Positions 51,084 to 61,973 of a stretch of DNA of 64,000 nt are shown piece by piece. Both the position numbers and the translations under genes were made by a program. Within the stretch, counting starts at the first letter, position 1. The number at the start of each line of letters is the position of its first letter. The stretch is from Candidatus Poribacteria bacterium (lineage in GTDB: Bacteria > Poribacteria > WGA-4E > WGA-3G). The notes below the pieces were generated by a model. That model was not told the DNA's origin and did no database searches. It saw only the letters and a list, made by a program, of their open reading frames with translations. Location of the stretch: positions 4,704,001 to 4,768,000 of the forward strand of contig OZ244048.1 in NCBI GenBank assembly GCA_965215265.1, in the 5' to 3' direction.

Positions 51084-52880
51084 TTGAACGAATCGAAAAT
51101 GAAAATAGAATTTTCTGCACGCACTCGAGCCGAGAATATAAAAAGATTACAGACAGAACCCCTGGATGTGCTAATCATCGGTGGTGGAATCGTTGGAGCA
51201 GGGGTTATCCGCGACCTTGCGCTAAACGGAGGCATCAAAGCCGGGTTAATTGAGCAATCCGATTTTGCAAGCGGCACAAGCAGTAACACCTCACAACTTG
51301 TGCATGGTGGGTTTCGTTATCTTTCCAAAGGCGATATTGCACTCGTTAAGGAGGCACGCCGCGAACGAGAAATACTTTCGCGCATTGCGCCGGTGCTTGT
51401 CAAACCGCTGCCTATTGCTATTCTCTGTTACGCCGGCGACCGGTATCCACTCATAGGCATACAGATAGCGGCAAGTTACTATAATTACCTATCTCAGGGA
51501 GATAGAGCCGAAAAATCTCAGATTATCCGCAATGTAATGGAAATTCAGCAGCGCATGGGTGCCATTGAAAAAACAGGCTTAAAGGGTGCCGTAATCATTT
51601 GGGATAGTACTGTAGATGATGCCAGGCTCTGCCTGCTAACCATCAAGGATGCCTACAAACATGGGGCAATAGTCACCAACTATGTCCGTTTCCTCAACTT
51701 TGTACAACAGACAAGTCTATCGAGTAGGGCGACGGCTGAGACGGCAGCTACGGTAAAGGTCGAGGATAGCATCACGGGTGAACAGTTTGAGATCCGCACA
51801 AAGCACATTGTGTCTGCGACAGGACCGTGGACAGATAAAATTTGGGAGAAGGAACCCGGTTATGACGGTGTGCCGAAATTGTCAACCCAAAAAGCGAAGG
51901 GCATCCATATCATCTTACCGCGTCTTCAAGCCAGTCATCACGGGATTGCAACTTTTACCCGGCCGGAGAAATCAACCCATGGAAAACCACGCATCATTTT
52001 TGTCTTACCTGCAGGCGAATTCAACGACCTAACGTTGATTGGTACCACCGAAACCCATCTGGAGGGTGCACCAGAATCTGTGCGTCCATCTATTGAAGAG
52101 GTGGAGTACCTACTCTCTGAAACGAGGCACATTTTCCCTAACGCCGCACTCAGCCGTTCCAACGTCCTTTCCGCTTATGCAGGTATCCGCCCGCTCATCG
52201 CCGCCACGAGCCAAACGCGAGGGAGCAGAGCAGTGAAACCCAACATATTCCGCCCCGACCGGCACATGTCGAATAGAAAGAGAAAAACAAGGGACAATTT
52301 TATCTCTCGGAAACACATTATCACTGAAAGCGACAGCGGTGTCATCTATATCTACGGTGGGAAACTGACCACCCATAGATTAATAGCCGAAGAAACAGTC
52401 AATAGGCTCGCCGAAAAACTCAGAGTAGCCCGCTACTGTAAAACCGCCACACAGCCGCTGCAAGATATGAGCCAGAAACCTAAAATAGATGGCGGAATCG
52501 CCGCCTTTAACGGCACCGTAGAAAAACTCATCCCGCATAATGCTGATAACACACGCCTCATTCAGCGATACGGTGCAGATGCAGAAGTCATACAACAGTG
52601 GATAACAGAAGAGAAAACACTCGCCGAACCGATTACAGAATCATTGCCGTTTTTGAAGGGAGAAGTGCTCTACGCTTTTTGGGGCGAAATGGCAATGAAC
52701 TTGGAGGATTTTCTTTGGCGGAGAACTAGAATTGGATGGACAGCAGGACAGGGAGTGGACTTAGCACCGAACATTGCTCGGTTGCTCTGTAAAAACTATA
52801 ACTGGGACGAGGCACGCGTAAATAGAGAAGTAGAAACATATTACCAACGTATCAATTGGTTAAACGCCAAAATCAAGTAG
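51084..52880 (+). CDS. glpD: FAD-dependent glycerol-3-phosphate dehydrogenase/oxidase
   Basis: IIGGGIVG, DFASGTSS...LVHGGFRYL, DDARL, AGIRPL, GGKLTTHR. Confidence 0.88.
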   Translation: MNESKMKIEFSARTRAENIKRLQTEPLDVLIIGGGIVGAGVIRDLALNGGIKAGLIEQSDFASGTSSNTSQLVHGGFRYLSKGDIALVKEARREREILSRIAPVLVKPLPIAILCYAGDRYPLIGIQIAASYYNYLSQGDRAEKSQIIRNVMEIQQRMGAIEKTGLKGAVIIWDSTVDDARLCLLTIKDAYKHGAIVTNYVRFLNFVQQTSLSSRATAETAATVKVEDSITGEQFEIRTKHIVSATGPWTDKIWEKEPGYDGVPKLSTQKAKGIHIILPRLQASHHGIATFTRPEKSTHGKPRIIFVLPAGEFNDLTLIGTTETHLEGAPESVRPSIEEVEYLLSETRHIFPNAALSRSNVLSAYAGIRPLIAATSQTRGSRAVKPNIFRPDRHMSNRKRKTRDNFISRKHIITESDSGVIYIYGGKLTTHRLIAEETVNRLAEKLRVARYCKTATQPLQDMSQKPKIDGGIAAFNGTVEKLIPHNADNTRLIQRYGADAEVIQQWITEEKTLAEPITESLPFLKGEVLYAFWGEMAMNLEDFLWRRTRIGWTAGQGVDLAPNIARLLCKNYNWDEARVNREVETYYQRINWLNAKIK

Positions 52881-53015
52881 AAACGCTTGCAAAAATGGAT
52901 TTGACGGCATCGCGTGTACGAAAGTTCACGTCAAAACAGAGACTAAAAAGAGGAGGCAGTGCCGATTAGTTTTCCTGAGTTGGCGAATTAAACAACTCTG
53001 GAAATCGAATAAGCA

Positions 53016-54008
53016 ATGGAAGTTTATCGCTGGGAAACTCGTAAATTTGGGAAGCTGCAACCCCTCCGCTTTGGTGCAGAACGAGACTTCGAGGATCTGC
53101 TAGAGCAAGATGCAACACTCGTACTCGGTGAACGTATTTGTGTTATCAGCCGCCAGCCGCCGTTAAGCACCTCAAAGCAAAAAATCGATCTGCTCGCCTT
53201 GGATCGGCAAGGCAACTGTGTCATAATAGAACTGAAACGTGGGAGGCCCTCGCGTACCGCAATCGCGCAGATATTAGAATACGCAGCCGGTGTCTCACAA
53301 CTCGCTTTCATTGAATTGGAACAACTCGCTTATCGATGGGCACAGCAGCAGGGCAAAGAATTTACCTCTCTGACAACGTTGCACAGTGAATTCTTTGACT
53401 ATCCGATCGGCGATATCCCCAAATCCGCTTTCAACCAACGGCAACGATTGGTGCTAATTTCCGAAGGCGTTGATCCGAGAGTGCTTGAAGTTGCCGAATA
53501 CTTGCGCAGCCTCAACATTGACATCAGCTATATCTCATACTTTTCCTACCACGCCCCTGATGAAATTTTAGTTGCCACCGAAACCATTCTCGGGGGTTCT
53601 GTGCTCAAAGATGAGGAACGGAAGTACCGAGGAGCCGCTCGGCAGTTTATGACGTACGATCTTTTTATAGAGACGCTACAGACGAACGCCAACTTGCAGA
53701 AGATTGCCGAGGAATTCTTTATGTATATCAATTCATGCGGTGCGACAATACGACCGCGCATTGCGAAACTACGTATGACTATCGGCGGGCGTTGGTGGTT
53801 AGATACTTACCCATCAAAACGCGCAACGCATTTTCGGGTTGATGTACATGGAGACTTCACCCCGATTCATATTGTCGAGTGCAGAGCGAATCTGCCTAAC
53901 GTAACCGTTAAGAATTTTGGCATCTCTTTTAACATTGCATCCCAAGCTCATTTGCACTATGCAGTTGAAATTTTTGAGCGCATCCGAAATACCATCTTAG
54001 AAAACTAA
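53016..54008 (+). CDS. NucS/DUF91-like PD-(D/E)xK endonuclease domain protein
   Basis: ERDFEDLL, IDLLALD...IIELKRG, AQILEYA. Confidence 0.8.
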   Translation: MEVYRWETRKFGKLQPLRFGAERDFEDLLEQDATLVLGERICVISRQPPLSTSKQKIDLLALDRQGNCVIIELKRGRPSRTAIAQILEYAAGVSQLAFIELEQLAYRWAQQQGKEFTSLTTLHSEFFDYPIGDIPKSAFNQRQRLVLISEGVDPRVLEVAEYLRSLNIDISYISYFSYHAPDEILVATETILGGSVLKDEERKYRGAARQFMTYDLFIETLQTNANLQKIAEEFFMYINSCGATIRPRIAKLRMTIGGRWWLDTYPSKRATHFRVDVHGDFTPIHIVECRANLPNVTVKNFGISFNIASQAHLHYAVEIFERIRNTILEN

Positions 54009-54055
54009 GTTCCATCAAGCATTCGTGCAATCTCACTGAATGTTGACTCAAAAAA

Positions 54056-55102
54056 ATGAATTGGATCCATTTTGCCTCTCCGGAATTCCTTTATTTTCTG
54101 TGGAGCGTGCCGCCATTACTGCTCGTTATCTGCTTCGGAACCTTGCAGAAACAGAAGGCGTACCTGCGGTTCTATTCGGATGTGAACCTTGTACGAACGC
54201 GACGACATAAAATTCAAGCGGCACTGCTGATAGCGAGTTATCTTTTCCTAACCATCGCTATCGCGCAACCACAGTTTGGCGAGAAACAGGTGTCAGTCCA
54301 ACAAAATTTGGACATCATGCTCGCCCTGGATATTTCAACCAGTATGCTCGCCGCAGATGTGAAACCTAACCGCTTGCTTCGTGCAAAACAGGCGATATTT
54401 TCTCTTCTTGAACGGTTACAAGGAAACCGCATCGGTTTACTCCTCTTCGCAGAATCCAATTTTGTAGTATGCCCTTTAACAACTGATACCACCACCCTAA
54501 AAGAATTCTTAACTGCTGTAACCCCAAACGCCCTCGTACACAGCGGCACCCGCATCGGCAATGCAATTGAGACAGCGACTGCTCATCTTAACAAGAAGCC
54601 AGATAATAATCAAATTGAAACCGGCCGCCCATTCTACGGAAAGGAAGGCAGCGGACATAAAGCAGTAATCTTGTGGACAGATGGGGAGGACCACGGTGAA
54701 ACCGGACTGGAAGCAGCAGAAACAGCAGCGAGGGCCGGGGTGCATATCTATTGCATCGCTATCGGTAATCCTGCACAGCCAGTCCCAATTCCGATTTCAG
54801 AGGCTGTCTTACAACAGAAAGAAAACGGCATAACTTATAAGCGCGATGCCAGCGGACAATTGGTACTAACAGAATTAAATGAGGAACTCTTGCGCAAACT
54901 CGCGAAACAAGGACGCGGAAATTATTATCATGAGACAGAAATTGAACCCCTTGTCAGAGACTTAGCACGACTGCAGAAACGCACAACTCAGGCCCGGGCA
55001 AATGGGCACTACGCAGACCGGTTTCAATTGTTTGCAGCAGCCGCCCTCATCCTGCTACTCTGTGAGATGTTGGTGCCGTACCAAAAAGAAAAACGCCACT
55101 AA
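54056..55102 (+). CDS. von Willebrand factor A domain membrane protein (BatB-like)
   Basis: FASPEFL, AQPQFG, LDISTSM (MIDAS), PLTTD, TDGEDH. Confidence 0.88.
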   Translation: MNWIHFASPEFLYFLWSVPPLLLVICFGTLQKQKAYLRFYSDVNLVRTRRHKIQAALLIASYLFLTIAIAQPQFGEKQVSVQQNLDIMLALDISTSMLAADVKPNRLLRAKQAIFSLLERLQGNRIGLLLFAESNFVVCPLTTDTTTLKEFLTAVTPNALVHSGTRIGNAIETATAHLNKKPDNNQIETGRPFYGKEGSGHKAVILWTDGEDHGETGLEAAETAARAGVHIYCIAIGNPAQPVPIPISEAVLQQKENGITYKRDASGQLVLTELNEELLRKLAKQGRGNYYHETEIEPLVRDLARLQKRTTQARANGHYADRFQLFAAAALILLLCEMLVPYQKEKRH

Positions 55103-55228
55103 CACTAAAAGAGCATGAACTCTAATTTGACACGGTTTAACAAATTTATACGGTAATAGCGGGTTCATGGACTTTCAACAATTTTTCAACGGATTAACTT
55201 CTCAAACTTCAGTGTTATTAGATGATGT

Positions 55229-56224
55229 CTACGTTTTTTTAGCGACCAACCCTTCAGGCCGGAAACGCATTAACGCGACTAAAATCAGCCCAAAAATGAG
55301 GATGCGTGCACCACTAAATTGGTAGGGGATAATAGGCGGACGCAAGATCTCACCTAAGGTAGCCAAGATTGCCGCGCCTATCATAGAGCCTTTCATATTC
55401 CCCATTCCGCCAAGCACTACCATACAGAGAATGAAAATTGATTCCCAGAATTCAAACGCCCCAGCACTGATGTTAACCTGAAACTGGGCAAAGAACGCCC
55501 CACCCAGGGCACCGATTGCCGCGCTCACTGCAAACGCAAGCGACTTATAGCGCGCCAAATTAATACCCATGCTCTCTGCCGCTTGTTCATCCTCGCGGAT
55601 GGCAACCCATGCCCTGCCTACACGGGAATTATGTAACCGATACGTCACTAAAACCACCAGAAGGAGTAAGATAAGAATATGGTAGTAGTTATGCCAATTG
55701 TGTTTTAACTCGAAACCGAAAATCGTAGGGACTGGAATGTTATGGACAAACCCATTGGGACCGCCAATCAGCCAGATTTCATTTTTCACAATACGGAAAA
55801 GGAGCTCCGCAAAACCGAACGTGACAATCGCGAAATAATCACCGGTCAGCCGCAGCGTCGGAATACCACGCAAGAGCCCCCATAGAACGCCATTCAGCAC
55901 CGCAATCGGCAGAACCATCCAGTAACTTAAGCCGAGACGCACCATCAAAAGCCCAGCCGTATAGCCACCAACGAGGTAAAACCCAACATACCCCAGATCC
56001 AACAAACCAGTATATCCGCAGACAATATTTAACCCAATAGCCAGCAGCATATAGAGGTACGCCCTAATTATAATCCGGAGAAGGTAATCGCCACTCGGAA
56101 TAGGTAAATAGACCCCGCGATCTGTTAGAAGACGGATGACAGAATCCATCCCGTACATAAGTACCGGTAGAAAAGCAATGAGGAGACAAAGAATGAGATT
56201 TTTTACTGTTAATTTATCTCGCAT
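55229..56224 (-). CDS. livM: Branched-chain amino acid ABC permease
   Basis: GLNIVCGYTGLLDLG, LRLTGDYFAIVT, GRAWVAIREDE. Confidence 0.92.
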   Translation of the reverse strand: MRDKLTVKNLILCLLIAFLPVLMYGMDSVIRLLTDRGVYLPIPSGDYLLRIIIRAYLYMLLAIGLNIVCGYTGLLDLGYVGFYLVGGYTAGLLMVRLGLSYWMVLPIAVLNGVLWGLLRGIPTLRLTGDYFAIVTFGFAELLFRIVKNEIWLIGGPNGFVHNIPVPTIFGFELKHNWHNYYHILILLLLVVLVTYRLHNSRVGRAWVAIREDEQAAESMGINLARYKSLAFAVSAAIGALGGAFFAQFQVNISAGAFEFWESIFILCMVVLGGMGNMKGSMIGAAILATLGEILRPPIIPYQFSGARILIFGLILVALMRFRPEGLVAKKT

Positions 56225-56240
56225 AATTCCTGACTATGGG

Positions 56241-57137
56241 CTAAGCACGGGTGCTCGTCGATTTTCCAAACAGCCCAGAAGGACGAATGAGAATCACTGC
56301 AATCATGATAATATAAGCAATTGCTAACCGGTAACCGGAGGCAATATAACCGGCACCTAGTACCTCTGCTATCCCTATTAAAAGCCCACCGAGCATTGCG
56401 CCCGTGATATTTCCAATGCCGCCAAGCACCGCCGCTGCAAATGCAGCCACCCCTTTATAATACCCCATCGTCGGTTCGATCGCCTCTCTTAGCCCTACCA
56501 TCACTCCTGCAACAGCTCCAAGTGCAGAACCGATGGCAAACGTTACAGCAATAACTTGGTTCGTTTTGATCCCCATCAAATTGGCAGCGACCGGGTTTTG
56601 CGCACACGCGCGCATCGCCTTCCCAATTTTGGTAAAATAAATCAGGAAGTTTAAGCCAGCCATTAAGGCAACAGCCAGCATAATGATGAAGAGGTCCCGG
56701 TAAGGTAACCCAGCCCCCCCGGGAAGTTGAATTGCATGTTCAGCTAAGAGGTAAGTTGGAAGTAATTCTTCCGGAAATGAACGCTGCCTCGCCCCCCAGA
56801 TAATCCGTGCGAGGTTTTGTAAAGCAAGAGACATCCCGATAGCAGTAATTAACGCCGATAACCGAGGTGCACCACGCAGCGGACGATAAGCAATCAGATC
56901 CAACAGCATACCCATCATTGCACAGAGCAGCATACTGACTGGTAAAGCAACCCAAAACGGGACGTTCAAAACCGTGATGAGGGCAAACGCGAAGTACGCA
57001 CCAAGCATGAAAATTTCACCGTGCGCGAAATTGATGAGCTGGATAATGCCGTAAACCATCGTGTAGCCTACTGCAATTAAGGCATAGATACCTCCAAGCA
57101 CAAGGCCGTTAATCAGTTGCTCTAAAAATTGTGCCAT
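56241..57137 (-). CDS. livH: Branched-chain amino acid ABC permease
   Basis: YALIAVGYTMVYGIIQLINFAHGE, AAVLGGIG. Confidence 0.93.
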   Translation of the reverse strand: MAQFLEQLINGLVLGGIYALIAVGYTMVYGIIQLINFAHGEIFMLGAYFAFALITVLNVPFWVALPVSMLLCAMMGMLLDLIAYRPLRGAPRLSALITAIGMSLALQNLARIIWGARQRSFPEELLPTYLLAEHAIQLPGGAGLPYRDLFIIMLAVALMAGLNFLIYFTKIGKAMRACAQNPVAANLMGIKTNQVIAVTFAIGSALGAVAGVMVGLREAIEPTMGYYKGVAAFAAAVLGGIGNITGAMLGGLLIGIAEVLGAGYIASGYRLAIAYIIMIAVILIRPSGLFGKSTSTRA

Positions 57138-57170
57138 AGTTTATTTATCAATTCAAGCTACTACACAGAA

Positions 57171-58382
57171 TCAGTCTGTCTCAAGCATTTGCTGCGGTGC
57201 AGTGATAAATTCTCCATTCTGAACCACTTTGACGTACGCAGGTTTAATACAGTCGCCATTTTCATCAAAGTAGGTAAGACCGGTAATCCCCTTGTACCCT
57301 TTTTCAGGCGTATTCAATCCGGCTAAATAGTCACGAATCGCTTTGCGATTTTCCTGACTTGATGCTTTAGCATTATAGGTATTGGCAATTGCATCTGCAA
57401 TCATACCCACTGCATCATAAGTGAGAGCTGCCCAGGTATCAGGGGCTACACCGTAATCTTTTTCAAATGCGATGGCCACTTGCTGAGCACTTTCCCCACC
57501 AAAATCAAAAATAAAAGGGGTACTGACGTACGTGCCTTCTGCAGCTGTGCCTGCGATTGAGAGGAAATCCGGCGAATCTACACCATCTGCAGCGAAAAAC
57601 TGCGCTGTGATACCCGCCTCGCGTGCTTGTTTTACAATTAAACCCGCTTGACTATAGAGCCCCGAGATGAAAATCAGATCCGGATTTTTCGATTTGATGC
57701 TGGTGAGCTGTGCCTTAAAATCTGTATTTTCCCGGTCGTACGCTTCCTCACCTACAATGGTGAGACCGATTTCTTCGGCAGCGACGGTGAACCCATCACG
57801 AAGACCACGGCCGTAATCATCGTTATCAAAGAAAATTGCTACAGATTCAAATTCTGGCAACACCTTCTTAATATATTTGGCCACGAATTGACCTTGGAAA
57901 TCGTCACGGTACAAATTTCTAAAAGTCCACTCACTTCCTACACAGACATTCACATTCGTTGAACCTGGGGATAATTCTACAATACCATTACGTTTATAGA
58001 TAGGCTTACCTGCTAATGTGCATGAGCTGTTAAAGTGCCCCACCACGGCAAGGTATTGTGGATTTGTCGCGATACGTTCTGCGACAAGCCCTGCCTCAGT
58101 ATCTTTGCCTATATCATCTTCAAACGTAGCGGACAACTTCATCCCGTTGATTCCCCCTGCTTCATTGATTTCTTTTACTTTGAACTCAGCACCGCGTCTG
58201 ATCGTTTCACCAAAGGCAGCGGCATTTCCAGTGAACGGACCAGCAACAGCTATCTTCACCTGTTTTTCAGCAGGTTGGCACCCGAAAAATAACGTGGTGC
58301 CGGCTAACAAGAGAAGGACGACAAACCATCTTAGCGAGTAGCTGACAACCCTCCTCGAAAATATTGAGACACATACCTTCAT
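57171..58382 (-). CDS. Branched-chain amino acid ABC substrate-binding lipoprotein (LivJ/LivK-like)
   Basis: Lipobox FGC, AGPFTG, INEAGGING, VGHFNSS, DDYGRGL, YDAV. Confidence 0.9.
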   Translation of the reverse strand: MKVCVSIFSRRVVSYSLRWFVVLLLLAGTTLFFGCQPAEKQVKIAVAGPFTGNAAAFGETIRRGAEFKVKEINEAGGINGMKLSATFEDDIGKDTEAGLVAERIATNPQYLAVVGHFNSSCTLAGKPIYKRNGIVELSPGSTNVNVCVGSEWTFRNLYRDDFQGQFVAKYIKKVLPEFESVAIFFDNDDYGRGLRDGFTVAAEEIGLTIVGEEAYDRENTDFKAQLTSIKSKNPDLIFISGLYSQAGLIVKQAREAGITAQFFAADGVDSPDFLSIAGTAAEGTYVSTPFIFDFGGESAQQVAIAFEKDYGVAPDTWAALTYDAVGMIADAIANTYNAKASSQENRKAIRDYLAGLNTPEKGYKGITGLTYFDENGDCIKPAYVKVVQNGEFITAPQQMLETD

Positions 58383-58472
58383 CTTTTTACTCCATTCTAT
58401 TCTATTATGTGAGTAGCGTGTTGTTTTGAGTTATGCCTTTTACACACCTCTAGTAACACGCTACTCAAATCT

Positions 58473-59285
58473 CTATTTTACATGAGAAATCTGTTTAAAA
58501 TCAAACTTAAATTCAAGTTTGTCCTGCTGACGATCTTCGCCAATTATCTGGAGCCCTGTCACGATAACCTGGACATCCGTTGCTTCATGCGTAAGCCGGT
58601 CGAAGATTAAAAGCCCACGCCGCTTCGCACCACGGAACAGTTTCCCGCCAGTGAAAATACTCTCTTCCATCACGGTGCGCCCGCCTTCCAGCGCGGCGTA
58701 ATCAACATAATTCTGGTAGTGCGGAAAATACCGATGCCGATAGTAGGGAGAGTACGAACGGGCGTAAGCCGGTGCAGCGAAAACGGTACCGTCTGAAACG
58801 TCTACCTCATCATAGAGGGACTCAAAGTACGCATAAGGCAGCGCGGCATACTGTGCACCGTTTACATCAATTAGCACAGCCCCCTCATCAGCGATAACCC
58901 GTGAGTTATCACGGTTGTGGACGGTGATTTCAAAAACTGTATAAAGCGGTTCAACAGCACCGCCTCTTCCAACAATGAGATAGGGGTTCAGTGCCGGGTC
59001 TTCTGTCAGTTCGAATAACTCTACTTCATTGAGAGGCTCAAGCGTCACAGCAACCCCTTTTTGTTCAACGGTCATCGCACCAATCTCGGAATCAATTTTC
59101 GTGCTTAACCGCCCCATAACAGGCTCTAAGGAAATTTCAACAGATGGTTGAGGGGCCACAGCACATCCGATGAACATAACGTTCACAAAAAAGAACGAGC
59201 TAACGCATAAGGTGTAGCACAAAACTCTTAAGCAGATAGAAAGAGAACGAACTGTTTGCCGGTGAGTAAAAATGGGATACGTCAT
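58473..59285 (-). CDS. Hypothetical lipoprotein
   Basis: 270-aa ORF with RBS and lipobox-like IGC; Tyr-rich segment; no family recognised. Confidence 0.65.
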   Translation of the reverse strand: MTYPIFTHRQTVRSLSICLRVLCYTLCVSSFFFVNVMFIGCAVAPQPSVEISLEPVMGRLSTKIDSEIGAMTVEQKGVAVTLEPLNEVELFELTEDPALNPYLIVGRGGAVEPLYTVFEITVHNRDNSRVIADEGAVLIDVNGAQYAALPYAYFESLYDEVDVSDGTVFAAPAYARSYSPYYRHRYFPHYQNYVDYAALEGGRTVMEESIFTGGKLFRGAKRRGLLIFDRLTHEATDVQVIVTGLQIIGEDRQQDKLEFKFDFKQISHVK

Positions 59286-59423
59286 GAGATTACCCCCTCC
59301 TTTTCAATAGTTTATTAAATTCTGGCCATGATATCTCTAACGAAATCAATAGGTGGTTCGTTCACCGGATAGCCATGTTTGATCAGCTGCAAAAAACATT
59401 TTAACACAATCCAATAGCGTGGT

Positions 59424-60650
59424 TCAACCTCTTTTTTCGAATTCCTGATATTGTCTCGTTAAATTTGAGACAATCCCTGTCCAAATTGCTGCCATTACCA
59501 TCGCAGAAATAGAGAACGCAGCCCCAGGAATTACCTTCACACCAAGCCGTACAAGTTCAATGGTACCGGCGCTGCCCCCCTTTCCGAAACGGTAACAGAA
59601 GGAGTCAATAATCTGTTTAGCGCGATACCGCTCGTCATACGATAGCGGCATATAGAACAATTCCTTTGCTGCACGAAAAAGCGAGTAGTCCAAAGTTTTA
59701 AACAGTAGATACGCCGCTGCACCAGTACGCATGGACGGGAAAACCGTAAGGAACAGCCCGCTAAGCAAATTCACTATCGGAATCGCACTATGGATAACGC
59801 GGATGCTGACAAACTGCAGTGCAAGCGGGACAAAGACTAATTGTAAAAAGGCAGCACTCGCACCAAGGGTTGCGTAAAAATTACCATAAAACGCAGTTCT
59901 ATCGTCCTTAATCGGATATTCAAGTCCAGCAAGTCCGTTAAACCGCAGATCTAGGACAGTGGAGACAAATTGTGTGATTAAGATGAGCACTGCGATGAAA
60001 ACCAAATATTTAGAACTGAAAAGTGTTTTTACACCCAAATGCCCGCGCTTCCCACCGACTTCTGCCACACTCGGTTTCGGTTCGCCTCCGAATTTGTAAG
60101 CGAGGGCACTTAGAATTGTTGTCGGAATCAACGAACCCACTGTAAATAAGAGTAAGGTTTCGGAGCCGAGCTGCACTGCCCACTGCCCTACAAGCAGGCC
60201 ACCTACAATCGAGCCGCCCGACGCAATCGCACAGAAGGGACCATTAATCCGCTTCGCTTGTGCCGGTGTCAATGTACTATTGACAAAAGACCAGTACTGC
60301 TCAATAACGATTACAATGTACGCTTCCCGAAAGACATAGATAATAGCCGCAGCAAAATGCACACCGTGGGACAGGGCAACGTAACAGCCGAAAATTAAGA
60401 CACCAGACAGCAACGACGTAATGATTAAGGTCCGTGTCGCGCCGAACCACGAAAGTAAACGTCCATAGCCGTAGAGCAGAAGCATCAGACTAGGGGGAAT
60501 CGCGATCATCGCGCGGGTTAGGTTCTCCGCACCGTAACTCTCAATAAATAAGGAGGTAGAAACCGCGCGGATAAATTCGTAGCCGCAGAGTAGAAAACTC
60601 GCTGCTGTGGCGATGCAAATTGCAGTCAAAAGCAGACGGCGTGGAAGCAT
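59424..60650 (-). CDS. Npt/NTT (TLC ATP/ADP translocase-like) MFS transporter
   Basis: QYWSFVN...AKR, LDYSLFRAAKELFYMPL...YRAKQIID...RFGK. Confidence 0.8.
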   Translation of the reverse strand: MLPRRLLLTAICIATAASFLLCGYEFIRAVSTSLFIESYGAENLTRAMIAIPPSLMLLLYGYGRLLSWFGATRTLIITSLLSGVLIFGCYVALSHGVHFAAAIIYVFREAYIVIVIEQYWSFVNSTLTPAQAKRINGPFCAIASGGSIVGGLLVGQWAVQLGSETLLLFTVGSLIPTTILSALAYKFGGEPKPSVAEVGGKRGHLGVKTLFSSKYLVFIAVLILITQFVSTVLDLRFNGLAGLEYPIKDDRTAFYGNFYATLGASAAFLQLVFVPLALQFVSIRVIHSAIPIVNLLSGLFLTVFPSMRTGAAAYLLFKTLDYSLFRAAKELFYMPLSYDERYRAKQIIDSFCYRFGKGGSAGTIELVRLGVKVIPGAAFSISAMVMAAIWTGIVSNLTRQYQEFEKRG

Positions 60651-60652
60651 TT

Positions 60653-61483
60653 TTACCGTCTCTCTGGTATTATGTCTTCAGTTGGCCTTGGCGCGTGCAG
60701 CCAATGCCCACTCGCATCGCTGCCTCTTGCGATAATAGCACGTTTGTTCCAACTGTTCGCTGCTCGCACATCCGGTGGGACGAACCGCATTGTTAAACCA
60801 CATCGCCGCCGGTTAGAAGTGTTCGGTTCAGAACCATGCAACAATAAATCCGAATGCAAAGAAATCTGTCCCGCTTTCATCTCAAATGGGAAAGGCACAT
60901 CACCGTATTTCTCCGGATGCAGGACCGTCTGGCCCAATACATTCTTTTCTTCAGCGGTGCTACGTTCAAATGCAATTTGGCCATGCAAATGCGAGCGAGG
61001 AATCACTGTCATGGCACCATTTTCAACGGATGCATCGTCAATCGCAAGCCAAACCGTCACCGTTTTACTCGGCGACAGCGGCCAGTAGGACGCATCTTGA
61101 TGCCAACTCACTTGTTGTTGTTCGCCAGGCAGCTTGCAAAAGTAGTGCGTTGCCCAACAGATAAGCGTTTCGCCCAGCAAATCTTGAACGTAATCCAAAA
61201 TCCGTCCTTCATTAATCAGGTCGTATATCCCGGTACAGTGTGTCTGCCAGCCGTTAATAGAGTAACTGTTCCATCCCAAAGCCATTGCTTTTTCCATCAG
61301 CCCATCAAAATAGGCACGGTGTTCGGCAATTTCGGGTTCCGAAAAAACACCTAACGGACAGATAAAACCTTTCTCGTTGAAGTGTTGGATTTGAGGACGT
61401 GTTAACGTTGACGGATTCGCGTTCTCAACACGAAAAAATTGAAGTGTCCGATTAAGTTCCGGCATTGCATCGGTTATTGCCAT
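60653..61483 (-). CDS. Phytanoyl-CoA dioxygenase (PhyH) family protein
   Basis: WHQDASYWP, VWLAIDD...ENG, LLHGSEPN. Confidence 0.9.
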   Translation of the reverse strand: MAITDAMPELNRTLQFFRVENANPSTLTRPQIQHFNEKGFICPLGVFSEPEIAEHRAYFDGLMEKAMALGWNSYSINGWQTHCTGIYDLINEGRILDYVQDLLGETLICWATHYFCKLPGEQQQVSWHQDASYWPLSPSKTVTVWLAIDDASVENGAMTVIPRSHLHGQIAFERSTAEEKNVLGQTVLHPEKYGDVPFPFEMKAGQISLHSDLLLHGSEPNTSNRRRCGLTMRFVPPDVRAANSWNKRAIIARGSDASGHWLHAPRPTEDIIPERR

Positions 61484-61973
61484 CGGATATCCTCCTTAGT
61501 TCCAGTTATGTTTTGATTACCGCAAATGACGCTAATAAATGCTGCGAGTTTCTTCCGTAAGTATTGCAATGTGTCGCTAATTTTTGCTACTCGGACGAAC
61601 TCCTGAGAGCAATGCAGCAAACAGGATCCAATCCTATTTATCTGGCATTATAGGCTACCTGCTTTTTTATGTCAAAGAATTTTTAGTCCATTCAAAAACA
61701 TCTATGACATCAGTGGTTACCGTCTATCTACCCGTCTCCTGTACTTTTGCCCATGTATTAGAATGTCCAGAAAGAACGTGAAAAACACCCCATATTTCCC
61801 TACCGCTTGCATAACGTGCCAATCCTCTCTGTACTCTTAGTGAACTCTCAAATGTGCCTAAAAAATTAAAAATTTGACAGAGAGCTTCAAATTGTGGTAT
61901 TTTAATATATTAGGAATGAAGATTGTAGCCGGCGATTGGAAATCATCGTTAATTTAAAGCAGCATAATTACTT

